From the NCBI GenBank assembly GCA_036172245.1, contig JAYWIR010000013.1, positions 1,364,001 through 1,428,000 on the forward strand: a DNA stretch of 64,000 bases. The letters run 5' to 3'. This document shows positions 1-18,517 of the stretch, in pieces (the stretch's first letter is position 1; the number at the start of each line of letters is the position of its first letter). The DNA is from Raillietiella orientalis (Eukaryota). A model generated the notes under the pieces. The model worked only from the letters and a program-made list of their open reading frames with translations, was not told the origin of the DNA and searched no databases. The position numbers and the translations under genes are program-made.

Positions 1-1100
1 CTTTCACCATAACTACATTAATTTTCATCTTGCGCTTCCAATGAAACCTCTGTTTGCATCTCTTGACTTCTCAGCCGAAGGACATCGCTTGTCCTAAAAT
101 AGACTAAATATTTATTTAGCACTCCATATTAGAATTACCAGTGAGGGTTCCGCCATTTTTTGCAAGTTTCATGCTCATGGACCTATTTTTTCTGCTGAAT
201 TACCGAGCTATTTCTATATTTGCTTTTTATCTGCACGGTGTTTGGACAGCTGCATGCTTGGAAAGTCTGATGTATTTTGGAAAGTGAATGCGGATGTGAA
301 TGATTCAAATCCTTTCACATAGGAATTGTGTAAATAATTCATAGCTGGGATGATGACTTGGAATTTCAAAAGCGGATGCTTAGTAATGTTAATAAGTCAC
401 TTGATTGTTCCTAATGATGAGCTAGGTTCAGGACTTATGTAAGCTTGATTGCTCCAGAAAGTTTTTTTTATCAAGAAAACTCTGGGTTCCTTAATAAGAA
501 CCCAGGATTTTCTTATTATGAACTAAGTACCTTGTAATTTCGTTTAGTTTATCCATCTCCTCTGCGTGAGGCACGTCCGTTGGCTGACTATGAGTGTGGA
601 ACTACCCGTGCTCATCGGTCAATGAGCATGATCTGGGCTTGCAGGCGACCATGTGAGACATTCATGATGCTCTCCATCTTACGGTCCGTTTGGGACAATA
701 GGATCTCCGTCTCCCCTGACGCAAATAGATGAAAATTTTCCTTCTCAACTCTACTTCCTTTCTTCCCCGAGAACGAAACCATCCCATTGTCATCCTTACT
801 GTGCTAGACGAACAACTGGTGTTGGTACTGGTCACCTCCAAGGAAGCTGAAGTCAGACTAGTCATGTCCTGTCGCATTTGTTATTGGAGAGAGTCCCATT
901 CACTCATGCAAAGAGTGCACTATGTGGCATGCCTCGTGGAGGAAGCAATCTCTCCTCCTCTCTCGATCAACCAGATCAACCCTGGTTATATGGAGTTTCC
1001 AGCATCAATCTTACCTGAGGTTACAAAATTTCCACTTTTCCTGCGTTTTCAAAGCGCGTTTTTCCTCCATGATCAGGAGCTGCACAGCGGTCATAAACGA

Positions 1101-1134
1101 GCGCCACAGCCTAGGTGAACCTAGGCTGTGGCGC
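1101..1134. repeat. Perfect 16-bp inverted repeat with 2-nt spacer
   Basis: GCGCCACAGCCTAGGT-GA-ACCTAGGCTGTGGCGC read directly from the sequence; the arms are exact reverse complements. Confidence 0.95.
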
Positions 1135-4100
1135 CTAGGTGGTGGAGAGGAAAGCTCATCACTTCCACGCTGTTTCATACAGGACCTGTTGACATCCTAG
1201 CTCCTTTTCTCTTCAGGATGCAGCTCGCTCTTCTCAGACAATGACCAACTACTTACTCCCTTACGTCACGGAGCCTTGGCAATGTACATGCGAGCGCCCT
1301 CACAAAGTCGAAGAACCTAGAAAGATGGGTTTTCACCTGCCTGTGGTCTTCAGGTTTTCTGCTTGTTATGCAAGTCATATTTCAAACGACGGCAATGGAG
1401 GTTCCTCTCGAAAAGCAGCAGCAAAAGAGGAATAAAGCTTGTTTTGGGTGGAATAGACGACGGAACTCACCATTGGTAAAAGCAGTACAGACTTTTCCAA
1501 AAGGAATCAAAGGCAGGATAAAGGGAGAGGAGCAAGCTGCGATAGGGCAGGAAACCAGCTGCTGTGTTCATGCTGACCACAGCTCCGCTAAATGAATCTC
1601 AAAGCAGTGAGATGACTGAAGCAGCGTGCAGAAGTGCAATCCTCGGACCTGGTTTCTTGAAAATCTGAGTGCCCGATTTCGGTTTTCTCTGAGGAAGGAA
1701 ATGTGAGAGCACTCCTTCCGGGAGAACACAGGTCGCTCTCTCCCACTTTCCTTGGCAACCAGGAGAGAAGCTAGTTACGTATCCAGGAAAATTCTCTTGT
1801 TGACGGAGACAACTAAGAACTCCAAGATGTGGATAGAGAAACGAAAGGAGAGAAGGAAGGGATGCACACAGGACGTAACACATTCCTCCAACGTTTCAGA
1901 AGCAACAAGGAGTGTAATGACACAGTGTCCGAAGGAGAAAGGTGAGGCTGTAGCTGAGGCTGCTTCAGCACAGCAGCTGGCAGGTATGTCGAGAGAAGAG
2001 ATCAGTCTCAAAATGAAGATCTGCCTGCTTTCGAGTAAAAACACTCTGAAGAGTGGCAAGCATAGAGGAGTTCCTTGAGAACTCTCTCAGTCCTTTCCAC
2101 TCTCCCTTAGGAGGTAGGAGATCATCCGAGATGGGTAGGAAGAGGAGGAGGAGAAGACAGAAGAGAAATCATTCATGATGGACCTTGTCCTTAAGAGAAC
2201 ATGAAGTTCATAAAGAGCAGGAAGATAGCTTTTGGACTGGGAAAAACAGGAAGTCTGCTCACTTTCCATTTGGTTATTGTCTCTTCTGACTTTATCAAAA
2301 GCAACTCCATTGCCCCCAAGAAGAAATAGGAATTCAGAAGTGTCTTCAACTCTGGTCAGTCCGCTTACGTGACTTCACTATAAAAGGAGGAACTGTCATG
2401 CCTCCATTGAGGCCATCCGTAGACACGCTTCCGCATCATCGCTAGTTCGGCCCTCTACGTGTCCAATGCATCATGCCATCTTTTTGGTACGAAAAGCAAG
2501 GGTCGCTTTCGTTGCTGAAATACACGGGAAAGACCAAAGAGAAAGACGGCTTAGACCAAAGAGGCTGTGTTCTCCTTGGATGTCACCAAATCTTTCCTTC
2601 AAAGCACCCTTGCACCAGAAGGGTGCTTTTCTACGCACGAACCGAGCCAGTCAGCAACTGTGTGGTTCTGTTGAACCGGAAACCGGAAAGGTAATCTGCG
2701 GATACAGGTACCATTTTTGAAAGGAGATAGATTCTCGAGGGTTTGGATACCAGGGTGCCGTGGTTTTAGGGGCAGCAGCACACCTGTATCGTGGTATCCA
2801 ATTCCATCTTAACCGGGCTTTGCTGAACCTTCCTCTAATGAGTCTGAAGGATCTCACCAGAATTTCGAGTATCGGGCTTGAGGAGCTATGGATCTCGAGA
2901 GCCCGCATCATCTGAACGGAAGTCCATGGTAATCAGGGCTGGCTCCTCTGCTGAGGCTACGGCGGCCTAACTTCAGAAAATACATCTAAAAGTTGATGAA
3001 GCAATTCGGAAGAGAGTAGTAGGTGGAGCTCGCCAAAGCAGGAACTGCGTAACGAAAGTAGTAAGCACGACGCCATCGACAGCGCCACTTGTCAAGGCGA
3101 TAAGTGGTTGGCATACGAGTTAATGTTACATATGTTAAAACAATAGGTGTTCAGTGACTTATGAATGGGTTTCTGAAAAGCAAAGGCACTCGGACTCTGC
3201 ACCACTAATCAACAGTTCTTATATTAGATTAGAAAATCCCATTGGACACTCTCGATTGGAGGAACACTCTCGACTTCCCTGAATTCATCCGTTGAAAACA
3301 ACATTGAAAAATGAAAGATTCCTGATGGTGTCCATGCATCCTCAAGTAAAGGTCATTTTGTCTAACTAGTTTGAATCGTCATGGTTCAGAAGTATGACTT
3401 TTTGGTGATCGCTTCAGTGAAATTACATCCATAAATCCATTGTTAACAAAACCTGTGGACAGCACGATTAGCAGCAATTGGCATTCAGGAAGTTCCATGC
3501 CTAGTTTGCTAGCAACTCTAACAAAAAAGGTAATTAGATAGGAAGAATAAGAATTCTCCTTAATTCAGGCAGCATATGTTCTGAGCTTCAGATACAGCGG
3601 GTCAACATTTGGAATGACGTAAATCAAGTTTGTCACTCCCTCATGCAAGGCACTGACACTGACACTCAGAACGAACTAAATCATGAAAGTCTCCCCCCCA
3701 CCCCACCCCAAAAAAAAGGCTTGCTCCACTAATCAGAAGAATCAGAGCCAGACATTCATATTAACACGTTGATGTTTTTAGTTTTAATTTTCCATGTTCT
3801 ATGACTTTAAAAGTCTCTGTGAACAATAAAGCATGATTCAATTCCTACAGTTTCTCCAACTGAATTCTTTTGGTAAAAATTTCACATGGAAGCAATGTGT
3901 GCAATGCTGCGCGAGAATTCTGGATACCAACGGAATCCAAACAACACAGTGAGAACACTTTTGTACTCGAGGTTCAGTGAGCACAAAAATCTCAAACTCA
4001 TCAAATGGAATATAATTGTATCAAAATGTATAATTAAATCAGATTCTCTGTAGTCTTTCATGAGCACGATTGATTGTTCGTCATCAATGATTATTTTCCA

Positions 4101-4934
4101 GTTGCAGTCTGAATATACATAAATGAGTTTACTATGAAAGGGAATTCAAACGAAAACATTTTCATAAAAAGTAATTAACCGACATGTTTCAGTATTCGAT
4201 GAAATATTTACTCAATCCTTGAAAATTTTGCCTTAAATCGAATTATCCCTACTCTGATCAATAGTAATAGTAACTATCCTTACATTTGCTTTAAATAGTC
4301 GTCAGTCTATCTTTAGTGGTGAGGTAAAAATTGTCTCAATGGAGGTAAAAGATCAAAATATCAAAAATACGATTGGAAACTAGACTGCAGCTCAACATGG
4401 TTTTCCGAAAAAAAAAAAATTATAAGACTGTAAGGAAACTTCTCGAAACCTCTTTCACATAGTAGAATTTTGGAAATGAAGATGAAATAGTTACAAGCTG
4501 AAAAGTGGGCACATTTTTCAGCAGCTGAGGGTTTCAGTGCAATTTCCTCATGAGAAACCAAATTTGAAGAAATCATTTTCTTACATCTTATAGGTAAAAG
4601 TGCTGTAATGTCATATCTGTTTCGGATTTGTTTTTGTATCAGTTCCCACCATCCAAGTGGGGCTCTTTGAGCTTGTGTGTGACATCCCTTTCCCAAACTG
4701 TTCCTGGGACTTGCTCTGCAAGTTTGTGCCGACGAGCCATACACAGATGGATGAAAATAAAAGGGAAAATTGTCGAGGCAGGAATCAAAACGCCTCCCGG
4801 TTCCTCGAGGCGTTTGTCGGTATATGAATCGAAGAGCCTATATAGTTTTGGAGGCACTTTGGTTTCTAAAGGTATCAGCTGTTCGGCTCCCACGCTGCAG
4901 CAGCAGTATATAAGCAAATTTCAGAATGGAACCT

Positions 4935-5035
4935 GGAAAAAAAAAATCCATCCATCCATCCCCCCCCCCCCCCCCCCAAAGGAAAAGAAAAGAAAAAAAA
5001 AAGAGAAAAAGAAAATGAGAGAAAAGGAAAGGGGT
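4935..5035. repeat. Low-complexity tract: A-run, (TCCA)n, C18 homopolymer, then a purine (A/G) tract upstream of G-alpha-q
   Basis: C run at 4960-4977 followed by aaaggaaaagaaaagaaaaaaaaaagagaaaaagaaaatgagagaaaaggaaagggg. Confidence 0.85.
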
Positions 5036-5380
5036 GGCTGTGTTGGAGAATGATGTGCACATCACTCACGGTGCCCTTCCATGCATCCGGGGGAGGGGGG
5101 GAGGGTATTTCCGCGGACGGCCCCTCCGAAAGGAGGTGAAATTCCTATTTCGAGGAGCCGATTACATGCGCACGACTCGTTTCACCACACCCTGCAGTCG
5201 GATGTTATGAGCTCGTGCGGCTTCTCTCGGATATGTCCTTAGTTGTAAGAAATTGGCTGCAAAATGCTAGCAGATAAACAGTGGGAGCATTTGGGAGAAT
5301 TATAGGTGGCAATAGCCGAAGGGGACTTCGAAACGGTGATTTCACAGAAAAATCACCGCGAGGAAAAGATCCAGTGTATA

Positions 5381-9682
<4,302 letters not shown>

Positions 9683-9724
9683 CCGCAGTGCCTACTGCTT
9701 CTTGTTTCAGCACTACTTCTTGTA

Positions 9725-9730
9725 AATAAA
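9725..9730 (+). terminator. Candidate polyadenylation signal for G-alpha-q
   Basis: AATAAA about 40 nt after the stop codon; its use is not demonstrated and a longer 3' UTR is possible. Confidence 0.4.
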
Positions 9731-12716
9731 GATCATATCCTGATTGCACTGAGTGCTACGCTATTGGGAAGACTTCTACAAAGAGGACACAATATTTAAT
9801 TGCTGTTTGATGTACAATTGTGGGTCCCATTCATGTGTATCCAAGTGATGCAAACAGTACTTTTTGTGAAGCGCTTCCTGTTACTTCCGATTGTCAATTG
9901 CTGATGATAAAATGAGGAAAATTTTCGAAAGTCATTTATAAAACATCACCCCTTTGAAATGCTGGCTGCTCCTGAAGTATATAAAGTGTGCATTTTGTCT
10001 TTCATTCGCCTTCCCACTGATAATGCCAGACTGTTCCTCAGAAATCTGCTTTCAAAAGTAAAGTCTGTGAAGAATGTCTGAACACTCAAGTAGTGATGGT
10101 AGCATGATCATATGCAAATTGAAAGCTATACCAAATTGAGGTTGAAATCATTGAAGAATGTAGTGTGCTCATTGTTGTTCTTTTGTGTGATTTGTATATT
10201 GTAAAATGTTGAAGGAAATTTTGTATTGTATTCTGGTTCTGTGAAACTGGCAACTGGAATACTAAATATGGTAAAATACACCAACTACACAATTTTGCTT
10301 GAAAGCAAAAAAAAAAACTGGTAATTCACTTTTGTTATCTAATTAGGTTGAGATGGTACTACTTTTTCAGTTAGAAAAACAAACGTACATTTCTCCTAAT
10401 CTTTTTTGGAAGAAAAAGATTTAAACAAAAATCCTTATTTGAAAATTAAAAAAAAGAAAAAAGATACGTATTCAAAGTAGAAATTTTACAGTGTTTGGGA
10501 ATCATTAATACATTGCAAATATGAAACACAGGAGCAGCATATGCTTGAATTACTGGCTTGTTTGATCTGCATATGGTAAAATTCCTATATTAAGTCAGTC
10601 GGAGACTACCATGAAGTAGACCATGGTTTTCTTCAAGCAAGAAACAACAAAGAGCAGTATTGTTGAGCACTGTTGTTTGGACAGAAGAGCAGCAATCAAT
10701 GAGATTAAGAACTGCAACCCTCGGTTTTAACTTTACCATAAATCATTTTATGCAAAATCGAAAAAGTTCTGTAATCGTCTATCTTCAGTGACAGTCCCTT
10801 CCTATGATCGTGGAATACGAATTTTTGCAAAAGCGGTATTTTAACAGTAAGATTACAATCCATTGCTAATATGATGTTAAAATCAATTTGTTTAAATCTG
10901 TTTCTCATGCTTGTTACTTTAATCTTTTACTTCATTGCAAAATATAAGTTCCTGCTGTATTATATTCATTAAGTTTAATAACAGACAAAACTGAATTTCA
11001 CACATCATTCCAAAAGACAAATTAGAATAATCAAAATGTGATTGCAGAAATTTAGTACAAAATAATAAGACAGCATCAGCAACCCAAAGTGATGTCATGA
11101 AAAAAGGTGCTTAGTGTTGGGTTATGATAAAGATGTATGAAGACTTCAATTTTCTTTTAGTTGGCACCAATCTTCATTTTTAATAGTTTCCTCACATTTA
11201 AGTGGTTATTTAGTCATCATGAGAATTTGAGAGGGAAAACAGGATAAAACAGGATTAGAGTTACCAGAAAGTTTTGAAAAAACACATGCCAACAGTACAG
11301 GGGTCAAAAACCCAAGGACATTATGGAGTCAGATATGATTAAGAGTTGTGGAAAATTAGTGTGGAAAATTAATTCTGTTTTGTCTTGGAATTCATGATAC
11401 AACTCTTCACATTCTTTATGGGCTTTCCTCTTGTATCCAATCTAGAGCTTCTACAAAATAGATTCCCATCAAAACAAAAAATATAAATACCAGGAATATT
11501 TCAAAATTGATAATGCAAGTCTTACTCCACCGAATGTTAACATGTTACTCATGAAACATCTCCACTTATCACATACAGACTGAGATATCCAACAATTAAT
11601 TGCTTCCTTCCCTACCTACCAATGCTCCCTGAATCCACATTTCTGTCTCCAACCTCTTTAAATTAATTTAAATATGTTTTCTCAGGTAAGATTTTCTCTT
11701 GTTAAAGTTCCACATTTATTAAGATGGAACTCTTGTTTATTGTTTTCAATAGTAAGGGATATATTTAACTTTCTTTCCAAAATGTATGTTGATTTACTAC
11801 TAAAAACTTGCAATTGCAAGATACTAACTGCATGTTAATTTTCAACATGATCACAGCTAAAATCTATTTTACAAGACGGAATTATAATGTAAGCGCACAT
11901 TCTAAAACAAAATTCAACCTTTGAACAAACTCCCGAAATTATTCCTTCATGTTGTGTCCTTCTGATGAAGTAATTAAGATTGGCACAATTTTACCATTCC
12001 TCATGTTTGGGTTACAGATTTGAACTTTTTTATCTGGAGTTGACAAGTTTAAAATAAAAACACGATTGCCTGCTAAGCCACAATGAATAGATGTACATGA
12101 GAATGTTCCACTGATAAGGTAAGGTATCAATATGGAATAATATTTTATACATAATTCACAGCAACACTGCAACATTTTGTGATATAATATGAAAACAAGA
12201 TTTTACAAATTCTTCCTAATTAAGTATTTCAGCAGATTTCCACATTTTGAAATCATCTAAACAAACCATAATGTCCAAGATGTTCTCTAAAACACTTCAA
12301 AATAAATTGAGGCAACCAATGTTATGGCAACAATGAACTGTTCATGTGAGTAAAGTCTGACATGAAAGATCAGGTAGATATTATGCTTTAAAATTCTAGC
12401 TGTCAGCTATGAATTTGAATACAAAGACAATGTGCTGAGAGATTTTCTTCAACGTTTTTGTTTCAAGGTTACAGATAAAGGTATCATAAATCTTATGAAA
12501 GAAAACAGAACAAAAAAAAATAAATTTTTTTAATGCCACCAAGGGCTGATTATGAATCACTGAAGTCATACAAGACTTTGCAAATCTGCTGCGCTTGATG
12601 AATGTAAAGGCATATAAAATTCTGATACTCTTCTCCTGAAGGTGAAGTTTTCATGCAGAGCTTTCTCTTGAATGTATTGATACATGACTGAAACAAAAGC
12701 AGATCCAATCACTTCT

Positions 12717-14671
12717 CTAAGGCACTATCCTAGCAAAAGACGGATTTCCATGCCAAAGTGCTTGCAACTCTCTCCTCCACCCTCCCACGGAAACAGCAGC
12801 AAACAGCACACATGGCACAATGTATAACAGTGCAGGCTGTGCACTATCCATCAATTCCATTGCCAGGAAAGTTATTGCTAATCCCAATGCATATGCTATA
12901 GAAAACATTAAGTGGCTTATGACATCATAAGTAAACATTACCAATAAGCTGCGTCCAGTAATACAGCATGTAGGGAACTTGCAGAATCATATCAAAACTA
13001 AACATGTAGGACACAAGCAAACCAGGTAACACAACATCACCAAAACCTAGCATGTTGAATTTGGGGTAACAAAAATCCAGGGCTCGCAATTCAGGAATTT
13101 TAAAAACAAGTGGCAACATTTCTTTTGTACCACCACCAGTGGCCACATCTCCCATAATACTGGATCCACCCAAAAATAATGGAGTAATAAATACAAAAAA
13201 AACATCATAGAATAAAAGCAACACAAGCAAAACTGTGCAAATACGTAAAGAGGGCAGTCGAATGCTATGCATCATGTAGCAGCTAAAAAAGAATTAGATA
13301 GTGCCAGTCTACATACTCCTCACCAAAGACAAAATCCCAACACATTTTGCAATATCCAAGACCAATCAGCATGACGAAATACAAACCATGTGCTAATTGT
13401 GGATCCTGCACAGATTATAAGAATTATGTCAATCACAGTCACATGGATCCTCTCAGTTGCAGAGTTCTGAAGCCTGGATACAGGGGACCGGAAACTGAAA
13501 CAGCTGAGGGCAAGTGAACAAACTTATGAAATGTACTTATCCCTACTTGCAATCAGGTACTCTAAGAACATTCAATAATGCCTTCCCACAACTGTACAAG
13601 CTAATTAAACAAGCCAGTCCAAATAGAGCTAAAACAATGAATACTGGATTGGAAGCAATATAATGAAATGACATTCTGTGTTAAGCTTACCAAGATATGA
13701 ATAAAAATAATGCAATAATATAAGAAATACACAAAGAATGATGAACCACCATACAGGCAACCAGATTCCAACTGGGATAGATTCTAGAGGCTGAGTTTTC
13801 TCTTCAGTTCTCCCTTCAGTCAACATTGCTTGCTGCTGCACTTTTTTATGACTAATATATGTCATGTGATTCAGTTATGATGCAACAAAATAAATCATAT
13901 ACATTTCATATCTAGTTGAAGCACTCCAATAGCTGCCTACAGCTATAGTGGCAATGGCAAGAACAAAAATGATGATTAGATTTGGATCAAGTGTCTGATC
14001 AAAAACTAGTGAATATTGTGAAACCACTATTTCATTTTTTAGACTCTACATAAAGAATTGTAAATTAATTGAGAAAAAAGGACGAAATTTAAAATTCTTA
14101 CCCTCACAGCCAACCAGTCAGAGTACAGTATTATTGATACACTGATGTTGGTAGTAATGCTGCAACTAAAATGCTGTTTCCCTGCAAGAGAGACTAACAA
14201 TATGCCAGAACCATTCATTCCCTATTCAGTGTAAGAGAATTTAACAATCTGAAATAGTGCCATTTGTTTACTTGCACATGAACCGCCTTTTCCTTTATAC
14301 AACATGGCCCACTTCCATCAACAGCAATCAAGTTTCCAGAAATTCCATGATAAGAACCATTTAAGCTTGAACATGCATCCCATTCGGTATGAACTGCCAG
14401 CTTACTTGTAACCTACAAAACATATGAAGAACACAAAAAGAACTTCACAAATCTAAATAGCTAAACAACAGGCAGTTAGTAAATAATATACACTTCACAT
14501 CCAATTAATACATACAGCTGACTCTTCAGGTGGTAATTGATACACTTCAGGCACATAAAGGATGCATTTCTTGACAGAGTGCGTTCCATTATCAGCTCTC
14601 AAGACTCCGAGCCTATATTCTAACAATTGGACACCTGTCCACAAACATGATATAATGAATATAATTTTCAT
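12717..14671 (-). CDS. SPPL2: Signal peptide peptidase-like 2 (SPPL2A/B family GxGD aspartyl protease); exons 14671-14516, 14412-14272, 14221-14102, 14045-13903, 13851-13691, 13643-13547, 13494-13324, 13282-12942, 12895-12717 (possible extra exon 12687-12550)
   Basis: N-terminal signal peptide (MKIIFIISCLWTGVQLL), PA-domain-like segment (GPCCIKEKAVHVQ), DPNLIIIFVLAIATIAVGSYWS, WILQNVLG, catalytic LFYDVFFVF and LGFGDVVLPG, and QPALLY. GT-AG introns, with phases closing correctly. Confidence 0.96.
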
Positions 14672-15399
14672 TTTCGAAAATGTCTTATTTGGCTGCTTGT
14701 GCTTGAAGATGTCACATTTCTCCCTTAACTCAAATTAGGTGACTTAAATTTCTCCTTTCAATTTATCTTTTCTGACCTTAAATAAAACACAACACTGCAA
14801 AAATAATGAACTACTGATAAGAAATTGGCTGATTATTGTTGATGAACATGATAATCACATTCTATGAAACATGCAAACAAAACACTTGAAAATTTTTGTT
14901 TTTGATGCAGTACATGCATTTTGTCAAATACCTTATCCAAATAGTACAGAGTGTGGGCAATCCAAATAAGACAATTCCATCTTTATTATCATTTTTTTTT
15001 TTGTCCCCACTAATTTCCTTCCAAAGAGAAATTATTTCCGGCTACCCTCTTGCAGGGCACAAATATGAAATTTAATACTACAATGCAATTCTATGGGAAT
15101 CTCGCTGATTATTTCTGCAGGTGCAATTCAATGAGCATGTAAATAAAGTTACGGACATGCACTTCATCCTTGGGAAAACTACACGAAACAATTCTACACT
15201 ACGGTGGCTCAATATGGCAAACGCGAGCAGAAAGGGCAAATACAAATGCTTAACGCGTGACAAACAAAAATATGAGCGTAGTTTTTTTTTTTTTTTTTTA
15301 CTGCTGCTTTGAGGAGAATGTTCGATTTGCTTTTTCTATTTTTGTCCGTCTGATACGTTCAAACATCAAATGCAAGAACGCTGGCACCTCGGAGAACGC

Positions 15400-15900
15400 A
15401 ATTCACTTCCCTGCTATCCCCGAAATGCACGCGCGTCCTCGACATTCGTCCACTTAGGAAAATCGAAGTGTCCTTCTTCTGCAGGAGAGGCAACGCAAAC
15501 GTCGACTTTGAGAGAGAGGGATGAGTGGGGGATAGGTTGAGAATCCGTCGTTGCCGACAGCACCTGCGATGGCCAAACCCACGAGTTTCTGCCCGCCCGG
15601 CGCAGCCGCCCCCGCTTTCAAGCCCCTCCCCCCCCACTCTGCCCGTTCTTGCGGCTGGAAGTCTCCCCAGGAACAGCAGCAGCACACTTGGGAAAGCCCC
15701 ACGCCAGCACGATATCTTCAGCGATAAGGAAGCGATCTGAGTTCTGCCCGGCACGAAATCCCCTGAATCATCAAAGCAAGGGTGACGTGAATTTTCTGCG
15801 ACAGACGTAGGAAACAAGGACAGGGCGAGGTCGTCGTTCAGCTGGAGGACCGCGTGGCACCCCCGTCCTGTGGCGTTTTATGGTTCACGTGTGCGTCATC
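15400..15900. promoter_or_regulatory. Local GC/CpG-rich island upstream of SPPL2, candidate promoter or 5' region
   Basis: An abrupt CpG-rich patch (cgcagccgcccccgc, gcccgcccggcgc) in otherwise AT-rich DNA, about 0.7-1.2 kb 5' of the SPPL2 ATG. Function is inferred. Confidence 0.4.
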
Positions 15901-18517
15901 CCCGCAGTGTCAATTCTGTTCCTCTGATGCAGCAAATTCAGCTTTGGTTGTGTTGCAATATTCAACCGAGCAAGGTATAAGGGTTCAGCGTTAACTATCC
16001 AACGAATGCTCTCTAGATTAAGCTCCTGTTTGCTCGTGAGTACATCCGTTACAGCCAAGTTTCTCAAACAAACAAACTCGAGATCCATAGCATAGATAGA
16101 CAACTCTTGCAGTACATTATCACGCATAAATTAAATTCAGGCATGCCAACTAACATGGATTCCATGATGTTGGAAACCAACTCGTGGTGCTTCAAACTCT
16201 TTTAGTTTAACCCTGTTGCATTTAAGTTGGAAATTGTATCCTATTTTCACAGCATAAGCAGCCTCTCGTGGCTCAACTAGTTCTCATTTTTATCAAGTGC
16301 TTTACGCAACAGGAATCAAAATCAACTGATACCTCATGCAACCTGATTTATTTCTATCACTTTCTACCACTACCCATGGTAAGGATCGAAAGCTGCAGCC
16401 AATTGCTTGCAATGTACTTGCTCGGGAGAAAAATCACCATCTCCGGTTCATTCGTCCGGATATCTGAAATTCAACATCTCCTCTATCCACCCAGAACTCG
16501 CTAAATATTTAGTTAGATATATTTACCATGCCTCTGTAATTCCTAACTGTAATGCACATCTCTGTAAAGTATTTTTTTTTAATTTCATTATAGCAAATGA
16601 GATGGAGTTATCGGTCGTTACAGTCATTCCACTAACTTGTGTACATTTAATTGATTGAAAAGAACTATATTATATTATAGCCATAGCATATTATTCCCAA
16701 TGGTTAACTGGTTGAAAACGAAACTTACTAATATAATAAGCTGTTGAATCTTTTGTTTGTTATGCTATGTAGCATGCATATTCGTTTTTGATAAAGTTCC
16801 TGTCTAAAGTAATCGTTGACAATCATCAGTCACTGAACAGTCGACGTACAGTGATGCATGTGGAGTTTGCAACTTACTATCGACTCAGGTTCCAAAGTAT
16901 CAAAACAAAAAAAATGGAGCAGAAATGGAAATAAAGATTTTTTTTTGGAGGTACTCGACCCCTAGAATCAGTTTGTTTTAGTTCATCGTTCTTTCTGACA
17001 ATCATTAATACGGATTGCACGCTGTCTCCTTCAAACAGAAGGAGCTTTTGGATTCGAATGCATGCAATTCCCGTTAGAAATTCGTTAAAAGCGGGCTGAT
17101 TCTATCTATCTACAAAATGTCCTGACATGCGGAACCATCTCTTGGAATTAACCCCGGATGAAACTTTTTAAAGACAATGAATCAGAGATCCTTGGTTTGG
17201 GGAAAACTCTCAGCATATCAGAAAAGCAAGTAAGGGAAACTTTGTTGAACCCAAGCTCCTAACAAGGGGGCAACTCGGATTTTGTTTGCAAATCACGAAA
17301 TGAAGTTTGTCGTCTTGAAGAATACCTTTGCTGATTCATAAGATGCTCACACGCATCGCAGGTTTGGTACGTCCTAGCTCATCGATACTGGATGTTCTGC
17401 TCTCCTTCCTGCAACTTTACACAGGAAGCAGCTTGCTGACTAGAAACATTCTTTGCAGGGAAATTTCTACATCTGCCACGTTTCACAATCGCATCTCGTG
17501 AGATACTCGTAGACTCCTGACTTCCTCCGGACGAATCAGCCGAAGAGGTTCGTTTGTGTCCCGAATCCTGAAGAGCAGTCGTTGCCATCTGTCTGATGGC
17601 TGTTCACTTTTTCAATACATCCACTGTGCAGCATGCTCCTCTGCCAACAGAGGAGTCTTACTCTAGGAGTTGGTAATTAATCCCGAAAACTTGTTCTCTG
17701 GTCATGTAAAAATAAAATTCCCTGTAAACGGATGTGACACGAGTAAGTGTGGGTTCCTCTGTTGATGGATTTATGCCATTCTGTTGAGCGATGTTTCGAT
17801 AATCCGTCTGAAGCCCAAAAAAAAAAATGTAAAAAAGAAGAGGGTGTAACCTTTTAACTTCGGTGCCTTCACTAACCCCAACAAGTGGTGAGAGTTTTTC
17901 GGAGCAACAGTTGGCTGGAATGAATGACCAGATGGAGGAAAGCAGCGAATGATCAAAACACAGTCACGATGTCCCACACACAGTGTCCTGCCAACGTCAG
18001 CGGTGGTCCATGTTGTTGCCATCGACTGAGGAGTAGAACCGGAATAGCAATATAGATACCCGACGCGTAGAATCAGAGCAGGAAAACCTCTTTCCTCTCC
18101 AGTTCCGTAAAATTATCAGACACGGATCTTTCAACTTGACTTCGGACCATGCCAAGAAGGCTTTGCTGGGTTCAAGGTCACTCGACGTAATCCTCCGTGT
18201 CATGTCATGTTACACGACCATACCGACTCTCATAGGAGTGTGAACCAGAAATGCGAAAAGGAAAGAGTGCCGAGAGGCTGAAAATCAGAGAAAATTGCAG
18301 TCCTCATCCCGCCTTACCGAAAAAGGTTAGTAAGAAACCGAAAGAGTAATCTGAAAGAGTATTGAAAACCTTGGTGAGTAAGCGAAAGATCTAGGGAGAA
18401 CGTGAAAAGCCACGGAGAAGCGTCTGTAGGAAGTCAGAAGAACGGTCGCAAAGGACTGACTAATCGAAAGACGTATCGCAAAATTTGTCAGGGACTGGAA
18501 AGTAAATGATTGCTGAG

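Noticed and set aside
662..2911. Cluster of 60-130 aa ORFs on both strands
   Set aside because: No recognisable motifs and no consistent exon chain could be built; left unannotated.
5306..5380. In-frame GTG-initiated 25-aa N-terminal extension of G-alpha-q
   Set aside because: The family start MACCL at 5381 matches invertebrate Gq; the GTG follows an acceptor-like ttatag and is more likely 5' UTR.
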